Below the pieces are notes generated by a model. That model did not search any database. It saw only the letters and a list, made by a program, of their open reading frames with translations, and was not told where the DNA came from. Position numbers and translations under genes: made by a program. This document shows, piece after piece, positions 10,969 to 24,689 of a stretch of 64,000 bases of DNA. This DNA comes from Octopus sinensis (Eukaryota). The stretch covers positions 31,682,001-31,746,000 of the forward strand of contig NC_043006.1 of assembly GCF_006345805.1 (NCBI RefSeq), read 5' to 3'. The stretch's first letter is position 1. Each line of letters begins with the position of its first letter.

Positions 10969-11189
10969 GGTACGTCGACAATCAAGAATATTTCTCACAA
11001 ATGCTTGGTTCAACTGGTTGTAAGTTGTACTGTCGGCGATTTGACCTGTCTTTTGTTAGCTTGCAATGCTGAGTGTTGCGTTTCCTCTACGGTAAACTTC
11101 TAACTGCAGTAAATCAGTTCCATCATTGAGAATTTAGTCCGTAACTCACAAGAAAATTCTAAGTTTGCTATTGAAATTATGAACTTTAC

Positions 11190-11430
11190 TCTTTTATTTT
11201 GTTTCAGTCATTTGACTGCGGCCATGCTGGTTCACCACCTTTAGTCGAGCAAATCGACCCCAGGACTTATTCTTTGTAAACTTAGTACTTATTCTATCGG
11301 TCTCTTTTGCCGAACCGCTAAGTTACGGGGACGTAGACATACCAGCATCGGTTGTCAAGCGATGTTGGGGGGACAAACAGAGCCACACAAACATTTACAC
11401 ATACATGCATACATACATACACACACACGT

Positions 11431-11464
<34 letters not shown>

Positions 11465-11468
11465 GTGT

Positions 11469-11548
<80 letters not shown>

Positions 11549-11705
11549 GTCGGGTTTCTTTTCAGTTTCGGTCTATCAAATCCACTCACAAGGCTTTGAT
11601 CAGGCCGAGGATATGGTAGAAGACACTTGCCCAAGGTGCCACGCAGTGGGACTGAACCCTGAACCATGTGGTTGGTGAGCAAGCTACTTACCACACAGCC
11701 ACTCC
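11190..11705 (-). mobile_element. Composite SINE: OR2-like head, internal (TA/TG)n, conserved 3' module
   Basis: The same three-part layout recurs at ~13425-13805, ~16495-16880 and partly at ~35290-35450. Confidence 0.75.
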
Positions 11706-12123
11706 TGAGTCCATAAAGAGTTGTTTGCTTGTTTCAAGGCAAAGGAATGATAAGAAGATTTTCAACAGGGAAGGAGAGACTATGAGAACAGTTTTCACAT
11801 GTGTTATGGGCCAGCACGAGAAATGGCGGAGAGCAGAGGAAACGTTTACAAAAGTGAGTTTTTTTTTTTTAAATGGAGGTTGACGCGGATAGAAACCAAG
11901 AGGGATACAAAGATGGGGAGGGGAGGGGCGTTGAGGGGGGAACGAGGAGAAGAAAGGAAACGAAAAGAGAATGAAAAGAAAACGACAAAAGAGATATTTG
12001 AGAAAGTTCAATGAACTTGAAAATTATGTTTGAAGAAACCACACGCACACACACACACACATACATTATATACACATCTATACATATATATTCATACATA
12101 TATACCTATATATAGATATATAT

Positions 12124-12170
<47 letters not shown>

Positions 12171-12450
12171 GCATATATACATGCGCGCGCACCACACACA
12201 CACATACATACACATATATATGCATGCATAAATACACGCACATATAATACATAATCGCATAAACACACACATAATATATTAAATGAGTTAAAACCCTGCG
12301 CCCCACCTTCACCCCCACCCCAGTCGTCCTAGGTCTCAGCAACAACCTGACTCGATAGAGATTCAGTAATTTCCAGCACTAATTAGGTTTAATTACACAC
12401 AAGGAATTCATTAGAAAAGGCGGGAGAGAGAAAGAGATGGAGAGAGAGAG

Positions 12451-12491
<41 letters not shown>

Positions 12492-13424
12492 TTAGAGTGG
12501 TAATATAAATAAATAAATACATAAATAAGAGTTTGTTTATTTTCGAAGTTTGTTGTTTTTCGTTTTGTTTTGTTACTTTTTTCTCTTCAAGTCTTGGCTG
12601 TTGACTGAAATAGTATCATTCATTAAATATGAACGCCACCACCACCACCACCACCATCCCTGCCACTCTCAACAAAATCTACCAGAGCTGCATTCCATCA
12701 CCAACACGTAAACCACTCGCACGAACCTTACCACCGTAATTCATGCCACCATCTGAATGGCGAGCATCATCATCATCATCATCATCATCACAACCACCGT
12801 CGCACCATTACCATCGTTATCATTCATTAGAATACAGTTGTTGTCAATTATCTCACCCACCGTTACTACCATCATAAACCACACCGCTACACAAATTACC
12901 ACCAACATCACTAACACCACTACAAACTCCTACCACTACCACAACCACTGCGACCGACACCATCACAGCTGCTCGTTTCAACAGTGTTGAAGTTGCTGGA
13001 GAGAGGTCATCGATGTTTGTATTACTTCACTAACAAATTGGGTCAATGTCCAGAATCCAACCATCGGCCCTACCACTGGTGAACCAGGAGCTTACTGATT
13101 CATTAATTTCATATTCTCTAACGTAAGCTGCAAATGAAAACTTTGGCTAGTGCTGATGCTGAGTAAAGGCCTCTGCACGGTCGCTCCAGCTGCTGCAAAA
13201 TAACAGCTAACTTCTCGTCAAATTACACTTTCCAGCCTTAGAAAAGACACACCGGGTTGTGCTATGTTACCCAATGCTTCAAAAACTAAGAATAGTGAAG
13301 CCAGGAAGGGTATTGGCATAAATGCGGGCAAGCGAAACCAACGTGCGACCGACCAGCAACAGCAATTTTATTGATAGAAAATGGTAAGCAGCGTCATTGT
13401 TGAAGGCATCTTGTCTTATATATA

Positions 13425-13805
13425 ATCTTTTTTTAATTTTTTTCAGTCATTTGACTGCGGCCATGCTAGAGCACTGCCTTTACTCGAACAAATCGATCCC
13501 AGGACTTATTCTTTGTAAGCCTAGTTCTATCGGTCTCTTTTGCCGAACTGCTAAGTTACAGGGACGTAAACACACCATCATCGGTTGTCAAGTGATGGTG
13601 GGTGGGGGACAAACACAGATACACAAACATATTCATATATATGTATACGACGAGCTTCTTTTAGTTTCCGTCTACCAAATCCACTGACAGGGTTTTGGTT
13701 GGCCCGAGGCTATAGTAAAAGACTCTTGCCCAAGGTACTTTGCAATGGGACTGAACCCGGAACCATGTGGTTGGCAAGCAAGCTACATACCACACAGCCA
13801 CTTTA
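13425..13805 (-). mobile_element. Composite OR2-like SINE
   Basis: Homologous to 11190-11705. Confidence 0.75.
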
Positions 13806-13904
13806 CACATGTATAAGGTACAAAAAACTTTAAAAATCTTGTGAATATTTGTAGTTACAAATATATATACGTATGCATGCATGTGAAATAGATATATGTA
13901 TATA

Positions 13905-14055
13905 TAGGCGCAGGAGTGGCTGTGTGGTAAGTAGCTTGCTTAGCAACTGCATGGTTCCGGATTTAGTCCCACTGTGTGGCACCTCGGGCAAGTGTCTTCT
14001 ACTATGGCCTCGGGCCGACCAAATCCTGTGAGTGGAAACTGAAAGAAGCTCGTCA
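13905..14055 (+). mobile_element. OR2-like CORE SINE
   Basis: taggcgcaggagtggctgtgtggtaagtagc...acctcgggcaagtgtcttctactatggcctcgggcc. Confidence 0.8.
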
Positions 14056-14070
14056 TATATATATATATAT

Positions 14071-15100
14071 TGTCTTTTAGTGACGCAGTTGACTATTTCT
14101 CGTTTAGTTTCTGATTAAGAATTCTTATTAAGTATTCTTTTGTCTTTCGTAGTTGATGATCTTTCTTTCTTTTGTAAGAAGGAAATATTTTGAATTTTCC
14201 ATCTGCGCAAATGTCTGGATGTTCACTACATGCAACATTTCAAAGAGATTAATTTTTGATTTGCTGTTTATGCATCCTAATCTATCGTATCAATTTTGAT
14301 CCTGTATGGCCGATATAATTCTCATTGCGTTGTGGGCATGGGATGCAGGAAATGAGAGTCATTGTTTTGTAATACGCATTTGAACTAAATTTCAATTCTA
14401 TCCCAATCTTTACTTTTTGGTTGTTCCTTGTTCGATTATTTCGCACGTACCACAACGAAAGTCTCCACAGTTTACTATCTGCATTATTTCTTTCTCTGAT
14501 ATGAATTTCGCCTGTGATAAAAATCTTTAAGGAATTGGAGTTTGTCTACGGCTCTTGATAATTCGTAAATCTTTAATCATTTTTCTTAGATTGATGATTG
14601 GAAGATATCATATAGCCGAATATAAGGTATTTTCGTTTCTAGGATTAAGGGCGAGAACAAATGGAATATTTATGGTTGTTTTTGTCTTCACCCTCACTAT
14701 GAGAGTTTCTCCAAAAGAAAGACATTAACATCTATTTGCTTGCAGTCGTTGTTGCAATCTTCTTTCCCATTGCTGTTCCTTGTTCTTGAAGGCAATATTG
14801 GTTATATGTAATAGTTATTTTCAATTACTAACCGCATTCATTCAAGTATAAATTCTTTTGGGAATCTCTCCTAAATTTTGTGTGGGTGTTTGTCTGTCTA
14901 GTTTTCTACAGCTTCTAATACTAATCTATGGAGGATATGTGTGTAGAAGATGGTTATGTCGAAACTAATCAGTGATGTCTTTAGGAAATCTTATGTCAAC
15001 TCAGATGACACTATGAATGAATTTACACCAAAGTTTCAGAATTATGCCATGTAAATTGCTTAGTCGCTGGGTGCAGGGTGTTGGTCAAGTTGGCTGTGGA
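14071..15100 (-). pseudogene. Decayed Penelope-like element (RT plus GIY-YIG endonuclease)
   Basis: Minus-strand fragments PCTQRLSNLHGIILK, LISFDITIFYTHI..LVLEAVE, a frameshifted QGTAMGKKIA, and the GIY-YIG region NENYIGHTGSKL..IRMHKQQIK...ACSEHPDICADGKFKIFP. Confidence 0.85.
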
Positions 15101-16098
15101 TTAGAAAGACAACTACGCACTATTTGGGTGAGGTACTCTATCTGCACCCTGTGTTTAAGTCCTACTGAGTTCAAAATTGGTTTTCATAATTTCAGGGCCA
15201 ATCAAAAAATTCCAATCCAGACAGAGTTCTTGGTGCGTTGCGCGAGATACATTGCAACATCTGTTTCGGTTCTGTGCACTGTCTGTTCAAATACCATCAC
15301 CAAGATATAGTGACATTTCTAACAAGAGATGCAAACGACAAATAATATCAACGGAAACCAATGGAAGCATAGTTTCTTTGCTTCGATTAGAAGATCATCT
15401 AACACACCACAATCACTTTCTCACTCAATGGATTTTATAAAGTCTTAAATTTTATATTGCTGCTTGCTAGATATCTGTTGAGAATCCCTACGTTAGATGA
15501 TGTAACCCTGGATGCATATGAAAAAAATGGAGAAGTCACGCCTATGAGCATAGGCTTACTGGGTCAGGGGTAAACTGGGAATAAACAATACCAACAACAA
15601 CAACAATACATCAATGTCATTTTCGAGTAGAGTTAACGAGATATTTTTCTTTACATTGACCTTGTGTTTTATAAGTTACTAAATATTTCAATATTTCGCC
15701 TTACCTCAAGGAATTAAGACAGAAAGTGAAGTAAAAAAATATTTAATCTAGAACTTGACTTTCTGTATTGCATGTTTATTCATATCTTGTTTTGTTCATT
15801 CACGTTCTGTTTGCTTGGTGCCATTTCCAGGCAGCTTTTTGTTGCTGTCGCCACCGGAAGTGAAGCAATATTATCATAAAGCGTGAAATTGCGTTTGATC
15901 CTCTGGCTGATAACTGATGAGTTGCTGACCATCTGTGTCAGTTTTCCGTTTGTTTGTGAATTTTTATGTTTTTAACTTAATTAATGGAACACTACGTAAC
16001 CTTGATTTTATTTACAGTAAGTGTTACATGTATATACCTACGTACCTACATACATACATACGTACATACATTCATACATACATGCATACATACATACA

Positions 16099-16134
<36 letters not shown>

Positions 16135-16494
16135 TGTATGTATGTATGTATGTATGTATGTATGTATGTATGTGTATGTGTGTGTGTATGTGTGTGTGTG
16201 TATACACACAGTCATTTTCATGCTATGTCCACCTGATTATTTCTAAAGAGAAATTTTGAATCCTCCGTAATATGTAAGCAAAATAGAGAAAAAAAAAACA
16301 ATTAAATAAGTATATTCTTTCCGTTTTCTTCCATATTCTTTAATTCTTTAATTTCAAATGAAAAAAAAAGGAGTAACTCCTTTCTACAAACTCTCTTCTG
16401 GGGTGAACCCTCGTGTTTGAAAGTATAAAATGAGTATAAAATATCTCCTGTGTAATCAGCCCTGAAGAATATTGATGTCTTTCCCCTATTATTT

Positions 16495-16728
16495 GTGTCA
16501 GTCATTAGACTGCGGCAAATCTACGATATCACTTTTAAAGAATTTTTATTCCAATGAATTCACCCCACTTCTTATTTTCTTTTTTAAGCCTGGTTTTGTT
16601 TTAAGGGTCTCTTTTGCCGGACTGCTAGCTTACAGGAACGTAAGCATAACAACATCGACTGTCAAGCGGCAGTGGCGAACAAACACACACACACACACAA
16701 ACACACACGGACACACACACACACACAC

Positions 16729-16773
<45 letters not shown>

Positions 16774-16880
16774 GCATCTTTCTGTTTCCGTCTACCAAAA
16801 CCATTCGCAAGAATTTGATCGGCTATAGTAGAAGGCACTTGCCCAAGGTACCACGCTGTGGGACTGAACCCGGAACCAAC
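16495..16880 (-). mobile_element. Composite OR2-like SINE (diverged)
   Basis: Homologous to 11190-11705, with an internal (CA)/(TA) tract. Confidence 0.7.
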
Positions 16881-17576
16881 TCTGCCCCTGGACAGTAACA
16901 ACTGAATAAATACATATTGAAAAGAAAAGTTAACTTGTTTTCTTTCGATGAGCCGCAGGTTAAATATTCGAAGAAGTTGGTAGAATCGCTGGAGCAGCCG
17001 TTCTCAAACTGAGAAATACCACCATAACACCACCACCATCACCACCACCATCATCACCACCACTAAAGCAACAGCAACAATATTCACAGCATTTCTCTTG
17101 ACTGGGACACTGATCCGTTGCAGGGTTCAAAGCCAGCAATTTTGAAAGGAGAGGGACAAGTCAATTGCATCGAATCGCAGTACTTGATTGGTACTTTATT
17201 TCATCGACCTCGGAAGGGATGAAAGGCCACGTTGACCTCGGCACGATTTGAACTCAAAACATAAAGAACTAGATGAAATACTGCTAAGCATATTATCCCA
17301 CGTACAAACCATACTGCCAGCTCACCGCCATTATCGGACAAAATCGCTGATAATGCAAGGCAAGTTTGTCGACGCCGCATTTAGTTACAGCTCATTGTGT
17401 CTTCAAATCCTTCCTGACTTAAGTTTGCTTTTCCTACTTCTGTGGTCGATAAAATAAAGCACCAATCCAAACCTGGAATTGATATATTCCAATATAGCAC
17501 CAACTGAAATTTGTGGTACCGCCCATGTTTGAAAGTAATACACAGAGAGAAAAATGGCTTTAAAGATACATTAAAC

Positions 17577-18096
17577 CAGTGGTTCTCAACCGCGGCTTCC
17601 AGGGCCTCTTCCAGCCCTGAAGCATCCTTCTGTCGGCCCTCAATGGTCTTCCCTCTATATATATAAATTGACTTGTGTTTTATTACTTCCGCCTTAGCGA
17701 AGGCGGAGATATTGTTTTCAGTCATGTTTGTTTGTCCGTGGACAAGATATCTCAAGAACCGCTGGATGGATTCAGATGAGACTTTGAGAGATGTTTGGCC
17801 TCGTGACTTGCACGGACTGATTAGGTTTGGGGATCGATCTGGTACCAGACAATTTTTTTTTTTTTTACTTAATTTTTGAGAGCGGTCGGGCTCATTTTTA
17901 GTATTCTCGTTTGTGAGAGCAGTTGAGTTTATTTCAGATCATCTCATTTTAAAAAATCCTAATCGTTGAGAGGACGTTAGTGTTGCCTTGGCGGAGGTTT
18001 GTGCTTTCTGAGTGCTCTTGTTTTATTTTATTTTATTTTATTTTTTGTTCGGCCCCTTAAATGTATCCAGGATATTAAAAAGGTTGAGAATCACTG
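17577..18096. mobile_element. hAT-family MITE
   Basis: TIRs cagtggttctcaacc / ggttgagaatcactg; perfect 8-bp TSD cattaaac at 17569-17576 and 18097-18104. Confidence 0.92.
17680..18022 (+). mobile_element. Non-autonomous Helentron-type (HINE/DINE-1-like) element nested in the hAT MITE
   Basis: Starts ttattacttccgcc and ends ccttggcggaggtttgtgctttctgagtgctcttgtt: subterminal inverted repeats (tccgcc/ggcgga), a short 3' stem-loop and T-rich flanks. Confidence 0.7.
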
Positions 18097-18684
18097 CATT
18101 AAACAATGAAGTCGATTCGGAAAAGTAGGGGCGAAAATAAATTAAGCCAACCAATTAGAATAGATATTTCCTTTCCTGCCAGCTCACCGCCCTCTCAATT
18201 AACAAATAATTACATAAACATATAAATTTAAAATAATTGGGAGAAATAAATGTTAAAAAATAACAAACAATAAAGACAAGAAAGTAATTAGAAACGCTGG
18301 ACTAATTAAAACACTTCTGGAAATATCTTAACTGTAGTGAATTATATCCGAGCCGCTAAGTTGTTTCCCTCACAAGTATGTAGTTCTGAGTTCGATCCTA
18401 CTATACGGTACATTGGCAAGTTGTTTCTTTTGTTATTTTAGTTGACTAACTCTTAATAGAATCTACATGTATAGAAATGAATGGGTAGTTATTACATATA
18501 TAATGTAGTGAATATATATATATTTGTGAGCCTCTATACATACATATACAAATATGTATATACATACATACATACATACATACATACATGCATACATGCA
18601 CACATACATACATACATACATACATACATAAATACATGAATGTATGTATGTTTGTGTGTATGTAAAAGGGAGGCCGCGCATGCC

Positions 18685-18912
18685 TATTTCTTTACTACCT
18701 ACTAGGGGCTAAACACGGAGAGGACAAACAAGGACAGACAAATGGATTAAGTCGATTATATCGACCCCAATGCGTAACTGGTACTTATTTAATCGACCCC
18801 GAAAGGATGAAAGGCAAATTCGATCTCGGCGGAATTTGAACTCAGAACGTAGCGGCAGACGAAATGCCACTGTGCAATTCGCCCGGCGTGCTTACGATTC
18901 TGCCAGTTCCCG
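18685..18912 (-). mobile_element. tRNA-derived SINE (family of 10554) with linker module
   Basis: Reverse complement of the 10554 element. Confidence 0.8.
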
Positions 18913-20072
18913 CATGCCATCAAAGTAACACTGGGATAAAAATATACGAAGTCAAGCATACCCATCATGAGTACCCGTCTGATAAGGGTACACTAGGTAC
19001 ATGCATCACAACCACATATCTGTGACATGGTGATCTCATATCAAGATAAACAGCACATGACCTTGCAGGTGGGGCCCAGTTAGAATTTTCTTCTGGTCGA
19101 GTAGCCCATCCCACTCAAAAGGTCCCTCAATAAAGGTTGTTTAAGGATGTTGAACAAAACAATCATGTTTCCAAAGGTGAATCATTTAAACCTCAAAGAA
19201 TTCCTCTCAACACATGGCTATGATGCTCCCCCACTACTTCTGCTCGTGATCAGAGATGCACATATCGTAAGCCACCAAGGGGCATGCTCAACTGGTTACG
19301 GTCAAACAACTGACAAGGAAATCTGTGGTACTGAGCAGAATATTTGCTGTAGCCCATCTTTTATATCAAGACAAAACAATGTACATAACACATCCAATCA
19401 GTTACGGTCAGAAGCCATGAGAGCCACTGCCTGGTAAATCTTTCAACCTGCAATTAGAAACCTTGGAACCTAGTCACATGTATCATCAGAAGAATCTCCA
19501 ATGAATCGAAGAAAGAAAGATCTTCGGCAAAGCCCACATCCCATTATAAACGATGCATTAGAGAGGAGCAGCCGCCGATTTATATTGAAAGAAAACCCCT
19601 ATACAAGATATATTAAATGCATTTAATACAAAAATTGTATATATGTTTACATGTAAAAAAGTCCGTCTTATACAGAATAGAAATGATATCAGGAATTAAT
19701 CTCCTTTCTGTCAACACCTCAAATCGAAAACTTCTTCACTGAAGACGGGGGCTGGTATTATCCGACAATGCAATCAATTTACAATCATTATTTTGAACCA
19801 CCAAACCCCCAGAAACAGCTGTTGGCCTCGTAAAACCCCTTTAACTCCTGATATTATTTCTATTCAGTGTAGGTTGGACCTTTTTATATGTAAACATATT
19901 TTTGTATTAAATGTATTGAATATTTTTTGTATATCAACTCGCCTAACTTCCTTGTCCTTACATTTACTCCTCTAGCTGATAAAGTTTAACTCTCTTGAGC
20001 ACTAGTGTATTCTATACAGAGAAGATCGGTTTCTGAACAATATATGTATTGATATAGATAGATAGATAGATG

Positions 20073-20110
<38 letters not shown>

Positions 20111-20116
20111 AAGAAA

Positions 20117-20153
<37 letters not shown>

Positions 20154-20548
20154 AATACATGTACATACAAATGTGTGCGTGCGTGTATCTGTGCGTACAT
20201 ATATATTTACATATTTTTTTTGCATACATATACACATACAACCATAGAATTAAAATGCTGCCTGTGTGCATACACACGCATATTTTTGTATGGATAATAT
20301 ATGTACACTATGTATGTAAAGTATAGATAAATATAGATGCAACCTATATATAGATGTATTGCCTGTATATGTATGAATATATATGCAGATGTCCGTATTT
20401 ATATATATATGATACGAATATGTATATAAATACATTATATGTATATACACACACACACTTAAATGCATGTATGTTTTTAAATATACGTATAAGTGTATTT
20501 ATATACATTTGCGTGTATGTATCTTTATTTATGCTCACACGCACACAT

Positions 20549-20581
<33 letters not shown>

Positions 20582-21249
20582 TATACACATACATACCCAC
20601 TTGTACCTCTCTGCGTTCCCCGTAAACTGAACAACAACACCAACCCAGCTGTTGTGTGCTTCTCGCGGTTGATGGCGCCACAGGACATTTGAAAGACATT
20701 TGACAGAAAAAGGGGGAAAAAAAACTAGTAATTAGATTTCAGACTTATTTGCCAGATTTCATTCCTTAAACACACACACACACACACATTCGCACGGTCG
20801 CACATCGCACACACACACACACACACACACAGATACACATACACGCACGTGTACGTACACACACATACCCACGCACAGACATACATACACATGCACGCAC
20901 ACATACACACACACGCACACATATATATATGTATGCATATATACATATATATTGATACTTTGTCATATATATATATCCACATATACAACGTTCCAGTAGA
21001 CATAAATGTATACCCGTATATATATCCACAGGCACACACATATGCAGGTACATTCTCATACACCGAATCTGTAACAAATCCATCCATCCATCCGCACATA
21101 CTTACGTATGTGCGTACATACACGCACACACACACACACATATATATATATATTGTATATATATATATATATATTATATATTATATATATATATATATAA
21201 TATATATATATATATGTATATATACATAATATATATTATTTATATATAG

Positions 21250-21284
<35 letters not shown>

Positions 21285-21346
21285 ATATAAAAATATATAT
21301 ATGTATGTATATATACATACATACATACACACACACCCACATATAT

Positions 21347-21463
<117 letters not shown>

Positions 21464-22043
21464 TTAGGTATATTGCAAGTGTATTGGATCCGTTGATCAC
21501 CCCCGTCCCAGCTTGCATTACAGTATCAACCCCCTTAACCTCTGACCACGGTAATCGCTCAGACAACGAAACCAATATTGTTATTTTAAGAACGGGGACC
21601 GGGCCATCACAAACCTTGAATAAACAATTGGCCAAAACTGGCGAAGCTCACCGTGTAATAGTCATTCCTGTGTAACGGAAACTCCCAGCTTCACTTTTTA
21701 ACGCCTTCCATACTTTCACTGTGGCGTGATATGTATGGAATATCTGTTGATTGTATGTCGCTGTGTGATTGAGAAGATATCTTGTGAATATTTATGTATG
21801 TGTATATGTGCATGCATGTATGTGTGGTTGTATATTTTTGTAGGAGTGGCCTTATTTGTTTATGTGTGGATATGTGAATATATACTTTGACTCTCTAATT
21901 GTGCCATGTCTAATTACATGGGATGTGTATTATATTTAATTATATACGCAAGCACACACACACACACACACACACACATGTACATGTATTAGATATTTAG
22001 GTACCTATAAATGTACAACGTATGTATGTTATGTATGTATATG

Positions 22044-22116
<73 letters not shown>

Positions 22117-22183
22117 CATATATATATGCACATATATATATACATATATATATATAATATATATATATATAATATATATATAA

Positions 22184-22216
<33 letters not shown>

Positions 22217-22619
22217 CATATATATATACATATATATATATACGTGTGTGTGTGTGTACACATGCATACATACCTTTATATACAGATTAGTTTTAGGATT
22301 CGTTAGAATCTAGGCCCATCAACACGTAGGACGCCTGAAATGGCTAGATGCAATAACAAAGGTTTCACAGTGAGGTAAAACAACCATGAAGGTATCATGT
22401 GTTGGTAAAATACTGTAGATGTTTAAGTACTAAATCCAATTTGAAGCATAGATTCAACTCAGGGCTGGTTCTAGGTGCTGTGTAGGTATAGAAAGAAAAG
22501 AAATGAGATTTAAGATTTACGACAGCTTTTTCGATAAGTTTTACTGATGTATATCCAATACGTTGGTTCGATTCGTCATCATCAAGGATTTATCTCACCT
22601 ATTTATACCTGTTTAAAAT

Positions 22620-22705
22620 TTTACCTGAAGATGGTGGGTTTTATGTTATGATATAATTTTTATATGCATGCATCGATAAAATTCTTCCGAAACAACTGTC
22701 GTAAA
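22620..22705 (+). ncRNA. Type I hammerhead ribozyme motif (minimal stem III)
   Basis: tttac-CTGAAGA-t-ggtgggttttat...ataaaattcttcc-GAAA-caactg-TC-gtaaa. Stem I 5 bp; GUC cut predicted after 22700. Confidence 0.72.
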
Positions 22706-22736
22706 TTGTTAAACCACATTTTTCTTATACCTATAC

Positions 22737-22790
<54 letters not shown>

Positions 22791-24174
22791 ACGTGTGTGT
22801 GTGTGTGTGTGTGTGTGCGTGTATGTATGTATGTTTGTGTGTGTGTGTATTAATGCTTGAGTGTGTAATTTTCTGAGTGTGGTTACAGTGTGTCCGATTT
22901 TATGAATATAAATATCCTTGCGCTTGTGTAAGTGCTTTATAGGTATGTAAGAATGTATGAGGTTATTATATCTGTGCGTGACTATGTGGACATGTGCGCG
23001 CATGCGTGTGTGTAGATTTCCTGAGTATAAATTTGAAAGTGTGCATGAGTAATTATTTGTGTGTTTGTACGCTTGAGATGAGTAAGCCATTACTAGTTTC
23101 TATTAAGATATTAACATACACTTTTCATTGTTTTAGACATCTTATTGTTTCAAAGAATGTATACCCCGTACCCCACGTTATACATTGATCTATACATAGT
23201 ACACATATGCATCACCACGACACAGTCGCACACATATACATACACATATTTATATATACGTCTATGTGCATGTGTGTGTTTGTGTGTGTGTGTGTGCGCG
23301 CGTGTGTGTTTGTGTGTAGATACACATGCGTATATATTTATATAGACCATCAGGGAAAATGGCCGAAAATGAAACATTTGATTTTGAAATCAAGTGTTTC
23401 GGAGACTTGAGACAATTTTTCTTTTTCAGATTTCCTGAATGTTTGAAAATGTTGATAAAACGAACTTTAAAGTTCCGGCCAGTCTAATTCCCACTGCACT
23501 GTTATTGTTGAGTTGAACTTTAGCATGATAAATTAATACATTTCGACAACAAAAGCAAAATTATCGTAAGGTGAAAAATTAGTCATAGATCAAGCAATTG
23601 CAAGCAAAAGTGACTATATTGTTCGTTTGGAAAGGTTTCTGATACTGAAATAGTTAAGAGAGCTACAATAAATCTTTACAAAAAGGTTCGCTAACAGTAA
23701 CCAAATATCTATTAAAATGTTTATGGACTTTTATCTTTTACTTGTTTCAGACACTCTTGCGCCTATGTCTAATATTTATTGGAAAATTATAAAATATTTA
23801 GTTTCTAGCAAATGGATGCGAACGTTTGAATTAAGAACTGGATTAAGTTATATCATTCCAGATCTATCCTATATATAGAAACATTAGCAACGGACGTATG
23901 TTGTATCTGAAAAGCTACCATTGTGAAATGCCCCGATAAAACAATGAGAAATACTAATGAAACTAAAAACGGTGCAAGCTTACGAAAATTGTGGACTGAA
24001 TTTCTTTGAATTGTAGAATGTTAATTCGAATCTTTATTTTAATGAAAAAATTTTCTATATATTTTCAGTAATTGTGAAATGTGCTTGTCTATAAATTTAA
24101 AGTAATATACAGAAAATTAGTTAGACTAAGGTTAGTATCAACTGTAATTCTGCAGCTTATCTCTTTGCTTCATT

Positions 24175-24241
<67 letters not shown>

Positions 24242-24244
24242 TAT

Positions 24245-24281
<37 letters not shown>

Positions 24282-24689
24282 TTCATTTAAAATATATTAG
24301 CTCTTTCAGTAATCATTCAAAGTCTATTACAAGGAATTTAGTTAGAAATATTTCACTTAGACTTTCTAGATTATCTGCTAATGTTGATATCTTCAACGAT
24401 AAAGCCAAATTTTATAACTCTGCCTTACTTAAAGCAGGCTATAAATAAAAAGAAAATACCTTATTGACATTAATTCTACCTCTATTAATCAGGACATGAA
24501 AACAAATCATAACGGCAATAACAATATAAATTTTAGTTCGAGCAACAACTCTAAATCGAAAAATGTAATTTTGCAAATAAGGGAGATAACCGTTCTTTAT
24601 ATCCCTTTATACGTAGTAAAAATAAGTCCAGGACTTTTAAAGATGACTGCCCTAATAACAAGGTGGGTACTAGTAAAACTGTTTGGTTG

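Noticed and set aside
15914-15960. CTGATGA followed by a short hairpin, near the 14-15 kb PLE
   Set aside because: No downstream GAAA/UH with stem I pairing.
18960-19440. Apparent interspersed repeat with a 96-aa ORF (19147-19437)
   Set aside because: Single copy in this window with no diagnostic termini or protein motif; cannot be classified here.
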